DNA of 64,000 nucleotides from Crocinitomicaceae bacterium (GTDB lineage Bacteria; Bacteroidota; Bacteroidia; Flavobacteriales_D; Sanyastnellaceae), in NCBI GenBank assembly GCA_002690915.1, contig NZGF01000079.1, positions 29,802 to 93,801 of the forward strand, written 5' to 3'. Positions 36,015 to 43,734 of this stretch are shown in pieces. A program made the position numbers and the translations under genes. Position 1 is the first letter of the stretch. Every line of letters starts with the position of its first letter. The notes beneath the pieces were generated by a model that was not told the origin of the DNA, ran no database searches, and saw nothing but the letters and a program-made list of their open reading frames with translations.

Positions 36015-37787
36015 GAGCTCATTCGTTACCGTCTTTACGTCCAAATCCAAATGACCGGAAGGCGTTCGCTTGGACGTTGACTCCCAACGGGCACGCGCGC
36101 CGAGGGGATGCCACCGCTCTGGCCACATGGGAGCTTCTGCAGCATACAAACCGGTACACGAAACACCGAGGCCAGCGGCCATATGCAACGGCCCAGTGCT
36201 GGAAGCAATGAGCCCGTCACATGCTGCGATGAGTGAGAGCAACTGCGTCAATGACAAACGACCGGTCGTATCCACTGCATCGGGATGGGACATGAGCTCC
36301 TTGCGCAAGGACTTACCCTCTGCCGCGGTGCCGGTCCACAGCACCCGGCATCCTGCTTCGAGCAAGGACTCCATGCAGGCGACGTACCGTTCCAATGACC
36401 AATTGGCAGCACTGTTGTTGGAGCCCGCATGCAGGATAATGTGACGGCGGCCCGGTACGATCCACTCTGTGCCACCCTCGACTTCACCAGCCACGGTCGA
36501 CCACGGATTCGCGCTCAATTTCCCCCATGCATGCCAAGCGGTCACATCCTCAGGGATGCGCAAGCCCGGTCGGAACCAACCGGGGGCGGGGTGCATGGAC
36601 AGCGCGAGATCCATGCCGTGCCAAGCTTCGTGCCGGCCCGACGTTTTTCTCGATGCGCTGTTGTGAATGTTCACGAACCTAGCGAAAGGCCAGCGGCGCC
36701 TTGTACCAACGCGAACCGGAACGCCTGCTTGCTCAAGCTGACGTGCAACCGTTGTATCAGGAAACGCGAAAATTGCTACATCGTAGACCGACCAGTCCAC
36801 CTCATCGCAATCGTCCCAGACCACCACATGGTCCACATTTACCGCCGCCCGCGCAATCGGTGCTGCATACGATCGCGTCAAAAAGTCCACCTGCAAGCCC
36901 GGATTCACCGACTTCAATAATCCCGCCATCGGGAGGGCCACCGCCACGTCGCCGATTGCGTCCGTTCGGCACACGAGAATGCGCTGAACTTCTTCACGTC
37001 CTTTTTGATGAAGCGCACGTTCGATGCGTGTTCGATTGCGAATCTTTCGGTATTTCTCTGCGGTCGCAAAGGCACTCCAACGGGCGATGGTCCATCCTGT
37101 TATTCCGTCCCTCCACCCCCCGCGAAGGATGGCGTTCTTATACCACTGAAATCCTGACTTCAAAAAGCGAATGGCGGGGGAAGCCATCCATTTCCGTCCA
37201 TCGTATGCCATTGCTGCGATATCCGAAAAATAACCAATCTGCCGCCGGTGGTCCTGAATCGAATGGTAGGAGTAATGTAGAATATCTCCTTCCAAAAAAC
37301 CGGCTTCACCGGCGCCATTCAATTCCAATCGATCGTGCGGATTTTGGCCTGCCCACTGCGCTTGACCTGCCTTCCACAACCGAAGTTTCGTATCGGGGTA
37401 CCATCCGCCGTGGCGCACCCATTGGCCGCAGTACGATGTCAGGCGATTCATGCGGTACCCATGCACACTTTTTACCGCAGAACTTGCTCGCCATGCACCA
37501 ATGGAAGCCGCCAGTTCCGGGCTGAGCGCTTCATCAGCATCCAAGGACAACAACCACGAACCCGTCGCCTGCTCAGCAGCCCAATTCTTCTGCTGGATAT
37601 GGCCTTCAAACGCATGGGTCAACACCCGGGCACCGCGCTCCTTAGCAAGTGCGACGGTACGGTCAGTTGACCCCGAATCCACCACCAAAACCTCATCAAC
37701 AACCCCAGCTAACGAGTCCAAGCATCGCGCCAGGTTGCGCTCCTCGTTATAGGCAATGATGACCGCTGACAAGGAAGGAGATGGCAT
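35982..37787 (-). CDS. Fused glycosyltransferase: N-terminal GT2 (WaaE/KdtX-like) plus C-terminal GT9 (heptosyltransferase-like)
   Basis: The GT2 part shows LSAVIIAYNEERNLARCLDSL..VDEVLVVDSGSTDRT and LSLDADEALSPEL. The GT9 part shows RILVCRTDAIGDVAVALP and SSTGPLHMAAGLG. It is a single uninterrupted frame starting at ATG 37787. Confidence 0.8.
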   Translation of the reverse strand: MPSPSLSAVIIAYNEERNLARCLDSLAGVVDEVLVVDSGSTDRTVALAKERGARVLTHAFEGHIQQKNWAAEQATGSWLLSLDADEALSPELAASIGAWRASSAVKSVHGYRMNRLTSYCGQWVRHGGWYPDTKLRLWKAGQAQWAGQNPHDRLELNGAGEAGFLEGDILHYSYHSIQDHRRQIGYFSDIAAMAYDGRKWMASPAIRFLKSGFQWYKNAILRGGWRDGITGWTIARWSAFATAEKYRKIRNRTRIERALHQKGREEVQRILVCRTDAIGDVAVALPMAGLLKSVNPGLQVDFLTRSYAAPIARAAVNVDHVVVWDDCDEVDWSVYDVAIFAFPDTTVARQLEQAGVPVRVGTRRRWPFARFVNIHNSASRKTSGRHEAWHGMDLALSMHPAPGWFRPGLRIPEDVTAWHAWGKLSANPWSTVAGEVEGGTEWIVPGRRHIILHAGSNNSAANWSLERYVACMESLLEAGCRVLWTGTAAEGKSLRKELMSHPDAVDTTGRLSLTQLLSLIAACDGLIASSTGPLHMAAGLGVSCTGLYAAEAPMWPERWHPLGARARWESTSKRTPSGHLDLDVKTVTNELLDLCGLPATK

Positions 37788-37860
37788 GGGGATGAAACGG
37801 CTGGATGATGCGATTATTTCGCAAGTTACTGCGGACAAACAGGAAGTTTCCCACGAATGC

Positions 37861-37890
37861 TTGCGCCCGAGGGTGAAGCCCTTAATTTTG
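37861..37890 (+). promoter_or_regulatory. Candidate Bacteroidota promoter for purD (-33 TTG, 19-nt spacer, -7 TAATTTTG)
   Basis: TTG lies at 37861-37863 and TAATTTTG at 37883-37890, fitting TTG-N19-TAnnTTTG. The purD ATG is only 7 nt after the box. Confidence 0.4.
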
Positions 37891-37896
37891 TTCTCT

Positions 37897-39183
37897 ATGA
37901 ATGTACTCTTGTTGGGAAGCGGCGGGCGTGAGCACGCCATTGCATGGAAGCTGAGTCAATCGTCCATGCTGCGAAAATTGCACATTGCGCCGGGCAACGG
38001 CGGAATGGAATCCTTGGGGGAAACTGCCGATTTAGATCCCATGGATTTTGCGGCCGTGGAACGGTACGTCAGACGCCATGACATCGGTCTGGTCGTTGTT
38101 GGTGCAGAGGCCCCGCTGGTGGCCGGCATAGCCGATTACTTCGAAGCCTCGACCAAAACCAACGTCATGGTCGTGGGGCCCAAAAAAGAAGGGGCGATGC
38201 TTGAAGGCAGTAAGGAATTTGCAAAGGCCTTCATGCAACGGCACAACATACCGACCGCAAGGCACGCCTGCTTTGACCATTCTCGACTGGACGAAGCCAT
38301 TGCCGCCTTGGATTCATTCCAGCCACCGTATGTGTTAAAAGCAGACGGTCTGGCAGCAGGTAAAGGCGTGATTATCACGTCTTCAAAAGAGGAAGCCATT
38401 CAGACGCTCGAGGACATGCTAAGCGGAAAGGCGTTCAGCGATGCGGGCCGCAAAGTGGTCATCGAAGAATTTTTGGAAGGAAAGGAGCTCAGCATGTTTG
38501 CTGTAACGGATGGGTCGAGCTATCACCTGCTGCCTTCCGCCAAAGACTACAAGCGCATTGGTGAAGGTGACACCGGGCCCAACACAGGCGGCATGGGAGC
38601 AATTTCTCCGGTTCCGTTTCTATCGGAAGAGTTCCAACAAAAGGCGTTAAACCAGGTCATCATACCGACCATCAAGGGGCTGGGAAAAGACGGTATCCCT
38701 TACAAAGGCGTCATCTTTTTCGGCCTGATGAAAGTTGGAAGCGATCCGTATGTGATTGAATTCAACTGCAGACTAGGAGACCCCGAAACAGAAGTGGTGC
38801 TCCCGAGGTTAAAGAGTGACTTGCTACACCTGTTCGAAAGCCTCTGCAGCGGACTGTTATCTGAATATGATTTGGTTACCGACGAACGTGCAGCGACGAC
38901 GGTCATCCTCGCTAGCGAGGGCTACCCAGAAAGTTACGAGAAAGGGTGTGAAATCAAAGGCCTTCAAGACGTGTCAGCCATCGATGGAATGGTGTTTCAC
39001 GCTGGCACCAAATCCAGCCGTCGCAAAATCGTAACCAACGGCGGTCGTGTATTGGCCTGCACAGGGCGCGGAAATGATGTCGAGGAAGCGCTCAAGAATA
39101 GTTACCAGCTTGCGAGCAAAGTCAGCTTTGAAGGGGCGTATTACCGGAAAGACATCGGTGCGGACGTCCTAGACTTGGCTTGA
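37897..39183 (+). CDS. purD: Phosphoribosylamine--glycine ligase
   Basis: Seen: MNVLLLGSGGREHAIAWKL, an ATP-grasp core and EFNCRLGDPE. The tracked start at 37756 adds a spurious 47 aa. Confidence 0.93.
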   Translation: MNVLLLGSGGREHAIAWKLSQSSMLRKLHIAPGNGGMESLGETADLDPMDFAAVERYVRRHDIGLVVVGAEAPLVAGIADYFEASTKTNVMVVGPKKEGAMLEGSKEFAKAFMQRHNIPTARHACFDHSRLDEAIAALDSFQPPYVLKADGLAAGKGVIITSSKEEAIQTLEDMLSGKAFSDAGRKVVIEEFLEGKELSMFAVTDGSSYHLLPSAKDYKRIGEGDTGPNTGGMGAISPVPFLSEEFQQKALNQVIIPTIKGLGKDGIPYKGVIFFGLMKVGSDPYVIEFNCRLGDPETEVVLPRLKSDLLHLFESLCSGLLSEYDLVTDERAATTVILASEGYPESYEKGCEIKGLQDVSAIDGMVFHAGTKSSRRKIVTNGGRVLACTGRGNDVEEALKNSYQLASKVSFEGAYYRKDIGADVLDLA

Positions 39184-39208
39184 AGTGATGAAAAGCGAAG
39201 CGAACGGA

Positions 39209-39397
39209 TCAGACGATACCGCCTTCTTCTTCCGCCTTGGCGGTGTACTTCTTCTGCAAGCGCAACCACAAGAACAACCCGCAGAAACCCAATGCGATGA
39301 CCGCCATGTTGAAGGGCGAACTTATCGGAACAAGAATGGTTTCGAATGTCCATTCAATAAATTTCGCTACAGGAGTGATGATTTCTTGTGTGTTCAT
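39209..39397 (-). CDS. Small (62 aa) membrane protein of unknown function
   Basis: Starting at ATG 39397 it reads MNTQEIITPVAKFIEWTFETILVP..., with one clear TM helix (MAVIALGFCGLFLWL) and a charged tail. Confidence 0.5.
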   Translation of the reverse strand: MNTQEIITPVAKFIEWTFETILVPISSPFNMAVIALGFCGLFLWLRLQKKYTAKAEEEGGIV

Positions 39398-39414
39398 GGT
39401 TCCTAATTTCAGAA

Positions 39415-39422
39415 CAAAAATA
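39415..39422 (-). promoter_or_regulatory. Candidate -7 box (TATTTTTG on the minus strand) for the 62-aa membrane protein gene
   Basis: It matches TAnnTTTG exactly, 17 nt upstream of the ATG at 39397. A TTG lies 15 nt further upstream, which is a short spacing. Confidence 0.3.
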
Positions 39423-39430
39423 AGCAACCG

Positions 39431-40369
39431 TTGATTTCAATCCTCCGCTCCAATCAACCAATTGCATGGGTGCTTATCCCACTGACCGTTTTTGGTGGTT
39501 TGTTGTTGCATTGGTGGGTGGGAACCCTGGATGGGTTAAGTACACTCATTCACGGATTAGGGCTGACAACCGTGGCCTTCTTCGGACACCGGATTTACGT
39601 CAATCGCCACTTTGTAGACCGCGGTGATTCCGCCCTCGCCTGGCTGATTGCGTTGTGGTCCATCGCATGGCTAACGCCAACCACTTGGACGGAAGGCCTT
39701 CGGACCTGGGGAAGTCTGTCTCTCGTTTGTGCCAGTCTGTATATTGTGCTCTCCGTACATCGGCAATCCTCGACCAGCGGCATCCAATTCCGCTCGGGTG
39801 CCCTCGCAGCATTGGCCATCGGCCTCGATCCGGGCAATTGGGGGCTTTTTTTGGGCTTGATTGCCGTGCAGATTAACCTGCGTCCGGGTATTTTCAGGGA
39901 GTGGGCCATGCTCTTCGTTGGAACAATATGGGGAGGGGCTATTGCCTTTGGCCTTTCCAACATCTTGCCCAACACGGTTGCAACCATCGATAACATCGCG
40001 GCCTTGACGTTTCAGTCCGGCAATGGGCTTCATTGGATGATCTTGGCTTGGGCGGCTGGTGGCGGCATGGTATTGCTGCGCCGACAATCCTCCTTGAACC
40101 TTCGATCCCAAAACGTGCGCCTGACCGTCCTCACTTTGACGTGGTGCACGGCATTATTCAGCGCCCTTGTGCTGGAGCCAGAAAACGGTTTGGCCATAAC
40201 ATCACTCCCGCTGACGCCGACGTTAGGCTTCGCCATGGGCTTTACGTGCATTGGATTGATACCCGAAAGGGAGCGCTCAAGGCGCATACAGAGGCCCTGG
40301 CACGACGCCGTGTATTGGGCGCTTGTTGGTACCGTGTTGGTTCTTTTTATTCAGCATTTGTTGAGCTGA
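39431..40369 (+). CDS. Polytopic integral membrane protein of unknown function
   Basis: 312 aa from a TTG start, with about 8-9 hydrophobic helices and no recognisable catalytic motif. Confidence 0.55.
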   Translation: MISILRSNQPIAWVLIPLTVFGGLLLHWWVGTLDGLSTLIHGLGLTTVAFFGHRIYVNRHFVDRGDSALAWLIALWSIAWLTPTTWTEGLRTWGSLSLVCASLYIVLSVHRQSSTSGIQFRSGALAALAIGLDPGNWGLFLGLIAVQINLRPGIFREWAMLFVGTIWGGAIAFGLSNILPNTVATIDNIAALTFQSGNGLHWMILAWAAGGGMVLLRRQSSLNLRSQNVRLTVLTLTWCTALFSALVLEPENGLAITSLPLTPTLGFAMGFTCIGLIPERERSRRIQRPWHDAVYWALVGTVLVLFIQHLLS

Positions 40370-40396
40370 ATTCCAAACAATCACGACCTTCGTACT

Positions 40397-41089
40397 ATGA
40401 AATTTGGAGTGGTCACTTTTCCCGGTTCCAATTGCGACATGGACATGGTTCACGCACTTGAGCACAGCTTGGGGTTTTCCGTTGTTCAACTTTGGCACAA
40501 GGACCGCAATCTACAAGGGGCTGACGTCATTGTCCTGCCGGGAGGATTCAGTTACGGTGATTACCTGCGCAGCGGAGCCATTGCTCGTTTTTCACCCATT
40601 ATGGAGTCTGTCGTCAACCATGCAAAAAAGGGTGGTCGGGTATTCGGTGTCTGCAACGGATTTCAAATTTTGTGCGAAACCGGTCTGCTCCCCGGAGCGC
40701 TGTTGCACAACCAAAGTCGCAAGTTCATCTGCAAAAACGTCACCCTCAAGCCCGTCTCTAGAACGGCAACTGTCTCCTGCGCACTGGACACATCGGCACC
40801 CATTACCATTCCGATAGCACACGGGGAAGGCAATTACTTCATCGATGACGACGGGCTCGAAGCGCTTCACGATAACGACCAAATCTTGTTTCAGTACTGC
40901 GATGAAACAGGCGCTGTCAACGCATGGTCCAATCCCAACGGTGCGATTGCCAATATTGCTGGTGTGGCCAACCGAGAAATGAACGTTTTCGGCATGATGC
41001 CTCACCCCGAACGCGCCGCAAGCGACGACTTGGGCAACTCCGATGGCAAAGCCATTTTAGAGGGCCTGGCGGCTTTGGTAGAGGCCTAA
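40397..41089 (+). CDS. purQ: Phosphoribosylformylglycinamidine synthase, glutaminase subunit
   Basis: Seen: MKFGVVTFPGSNCD, GVCNGFQIL (catalytic Cys) and MMPHPER. Confidence 0.93.
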   Translation: MKFGVVTFPGSNCDMDMVHALEHSLGFSVVQLWHKDRNLQGADVIVLPGGFSYGDYLRSGAIARFSPIMESVVNHAKKGGRVFGVCNGFQILCETGLLPGALLHNQSRKFICKNVTLKPVSRTATVSCALDTSAPITIPIAHGEGNYFIDDDGLEALHDNDQILFQYCDETGAVNAWSNPNGAIANIAGVANREMNVFGMMPHPERAASDDLGNSDGKAILEGLAALVEA

Positions 41090-41160
41090 AGCTCGAGCCT
41101 TTCAAGGGATTGTTGGCAAATGTTCGTCCATCTCAAGGGGGCGGTGAACATGAATGCCAT

Positions 41161-41168
41161 TAGATTTG
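41161..41168 (+). promoter_or_regulatory. Candidate -7 promoter box (TAGATTTG) for dxs
   Basis: It matches TAnnTTTG exactly, 34 nt upstream of the dxs ATG at 41203. No well-spaced -33 TTG is present. Confidence 0.3.
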
Positions 41169-41202
41169 TTTGTACGCCACAGGCGAAACAAGACTTACTT
41201 CC

Positions 41203-43146
41203 ATGAATCACTACCCTGCTGGCTCACATCTATCGCGCATCGAGACTCCCTCGGACTTAAGAAAGCACTTCAACGTTGAGGACTTACCAGCAGTATGCGA
41301 CGAGCTGCGCGACTTCATCGTCGATATCGTTTCCGAAAAAGGAGGACACTTTGGAGCCAGCTTAGGTGCAGTGGAATTAACGGTAGCCTTGCATTACGCA
41401 TTCAACACACCTGAAGATCAATTGGTGTGGGATGTCGGCCATCAGGCATACGGCCACAAAATCCTCACCGGGCGCCGCAATCAATTTCATACCAATCGTG
41501 AGTACGGCGGTCTGAGTGGATTTCCGAAACGAAGCGAAAGCGAATACGACACCTTCGGCGTTGGCCACAGCTCGACCTCCATCTCTGCCGCCCTCGGCAT
41601 GGCTGTAGCGAGCAAGCTAAGTGGACAACATGACAAAAAGCACGTTGCCATCATCGGTGACGGAGCGATGACCGCAGGACTGGCTTTTGAAGGACTCAAT
41701 CACGGCGGTGCGGAAGATTCCAACTTGTTAGTCGTATTGAACGACAACTGCATGTCCATCGACCCCAACGTCGGAGCGCTCAAAGAGTACCTTACCGACA
41801 TCACCACATCAAAAGCCTACAATAAGGTAAAGGACGAGGTGTGGCACTTGCTCGGACGCATTTCCAAGTTTGGCCCCAATGCGCAGGCCATCGCTCAAAA
41901 GGTCGAGTCGGCTGTGAAGTCCGCTTTGCTCAAGCAGTCCAACCTATTTGAATCCCTCAACTTCCGATACTTCGGTCCCGTCGACGGGCACGATGTGGAG
42001 CACCTCACGCAAATCCTCAACGACATCAAGGACATTCCGGGTCCCAAGTTGCTGCACTGCGTCACCGTAAAAGGAAAAGGCTACGCTCCCGCTGAAGAGG
42101 GAAGTGCGACCACATGGCACGCGCCTGGTCTGTTTGACAAGAAAACCGGGGAGATTAAAAAGGCTGCTCTTTCACAGCCCAAGCCTCCGAAGTTTCAAGA
42201 CGTTTTTGGCCACAGCATCATTGAGCTAGCCAAAAAGGATGCACGCGTTGTTGGCGTGACTCCTGCGATGCCATCCGGCTGCTCCTTAAAGTACATGCTT
42301 GCCGAAATGCCGGGCCGGGCCTTTGATGTGGGCATCGCCGAACAACATGCCGTGACCTTTAGTGCTGGTATGGCAACCCAAGGCAAGATTCCGTTCTGTA
42401 ACATCTACTCGAGCTTCATGCAACGGGCGTACGATCAGGTCATCCACGACGTAGCGATTCAAAACCTGCACGTCATTTTCTGCCTTGACCGAGGTGGAGT
42501 AGCTGGAGCAGACGGCCCAACACATCACGGGGCTTACGATCTCGCTTACATGCGCTGCATCCCAAACATGGTGGTAGCTGCTCCTATGGATGAAGTGGAA
42601 TTGCGTAACATGATGTACTCCGCTTCGCAATTACACGATGGCCCCTACTCTATCCGCTATCCGCGCGGCACTGGTTCTATCGTCGATTGGCAACGGCCCT
42701 TCGCGCCCATAGCCATAGGACAAGGCCGCCGGCTGCAAAACGGAAACGACATCGCCATCCTCAGCATTGGTGCCATTGGAACCCAAGCCACAGAGGCCTG
42801 CGCGACACTGGCCCAGCGTGGCATCTCTGCAGCGCACTACGACATGCGATTTGCGAAGCCTATCGATGATATGATGCTGCACGAGGTATTCGGCAAATTC
42901 AAGCAAATCATCACGTTGGAAGATGGATGCATCATGGGTGGATTCGGGAGTGCGGTGCTCGAATTCATGGGCGATCAGGGTTACCAAGCACAGATTCGAC
43001 GATTGGGGTTGCCTGACCGCTACGTCGAACACGGTACCCAAGCAGAATTGTATGCAGAGAATGCGTATGACGCACCATCCATCGTAGCTTGCGCTATAGA
43101 AATGGCGGCACAAGCTGGCACCTCAAGTGCCATGCAATCCGCGTGA
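41203..43146 (+). CDS. dxs: 1-deoxy-D-xylulose-5-phosphate synthase
   Basis: Seen: GGHFGASLGAVELTVALHY, DVGHQAYGHKILTGR, IGDGAMTAGLAFEGLN and GPTHHGAYD. Confidence 0.95.
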   Translation: MNHYPAGSHLSRIETPSDLRKHFNVEDLPAVCDELRDFIVDIVSEKGGHFGASLGAVELTVALHYAFNTPEDQLVWDVGHQAYGHKILTGRRNQFHTNREYGGLSGFPKRSESEYDTFGVGHSSTSISAALGMAVASKLSGQHDKKHVAIIGDGAMTAGLAFEGLNHGGAEDSNLLVVLNDNCMSIDPNVGALKEYLTDITTSKAYNKVKDEVWHLLGRISKFGPNAQAIAQKVESAVKSALLKQSNLFESLNFRYFGPVDGHDVEHLTQILNDIKDIPGPKLLHCVTVKGKGYAPAEEGSATTWHAPGLFDKKTGEIKKAALSQPKPPKFQDVFGHSIIELAKKDARVVGVTPAMPSGCSLKYMLAEMPGRAFDVGIAEQHAVTFSAGMATQGKIPFCNIYSSFMQRAYDQVIHDVAIQNLHVIFCLDRGGVAGADGPTHHGAYDLAYMRCIPNMVVAAPMDEVELRNMMYSASQLHDGPYSIRYPRGTGSIVDWQRPFAPIAIGQGRRLQNGNDIAILSIGAIGTQATEACATLAQRGISAAHYDMRFAKPIDDMMLHEVFGKFKQIITLEDGCIMGGFGSAVLEFMGDQGYQAQIRRLGLPDRYVEHGTQAELYAENAYDAPSIVACAIEMAAQAGTSSAMQSA

Positions 43147-43156
43147 CGACTACCCC

Positions 43157-43684
43157 ATGGAAACTCCCCTTCCGGAACCCATTCGGAACCGTGTTGACGA
43201 GAGTGGCATCATCGCCTTAGACTTGGATGCGCTGATGCCAAAATCCAAAGTGCGTGGCCTCGACTTGAGCACCTACTTGGAACAAGGGCTTATTCTCAGA
43301 GAAAAACCCTTCCGTGCAGCAATGGCTGAGCTCAGCGCCGCCGACTGGAACGGATCTACCGTAGCGCTACACTGCGCATCAGATGCTATCCTTCCGGATT
43401 GGGCATGGATGCTGGCCACCTCAAAACTGACCGCCTTGGGCGCCCGAGTAAGCATTGGGGACGAAAACCGAACCCGCGAACGCCTCCTTCTCGACGCCAT
43501 CGACAGCTTGGACCTTGAGCCCTATCGGGATGGACGGTTGGTCATCAAAGGGTGTGCTCAGGGGACCACCGCGGAGAGCCTTGCTCGTATCATCGAACGG
43601 CTGCAACCAGTGGCTTTATCGATTTTTTATGGGGAGCCTTGCTCAAGCGTTCCTGTGTACAAACGCCCCAAAAATTCAAAGTAA
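43157..43684 (+). CDS. DUF2480-like protein
   Basis: Seen: IRNRVDESGIIALDLDALMP...LEQGLILREKPFRAAM...DW.G..V, matching the conserved N-terminal pattern of Bacteroidota DUF2480 proteins. Confidence 0.6.
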   Translation: METPLPEPIRNRVDESGIIALDLDALMPKSKVRGLDLSTYLEQGLILREKPFRAAMAELSAADWNGSTVALHCASDAILPDWAWMLATSKLTALGARVSIGDENRTRERLLLDAIDSLDLEPYRDGRLVIKGCAQGTTAESLARIIERLQPVALSIFYGEPCSSVPVYKRPKNSK

Positions 43685-43734
43685 TTTCGAACGTCGGGTG
43701 GTACCTTGGGGTCACGACTTAGGACCTCTTCCCC

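Noticed and set aside
36701-37525. A 274-aa plus-strand ORF rich in Pro, Arg and Ser.
   Set aside because: It is antisense to the GT2-GT9 glycosyltransferase gene and has no motifs.
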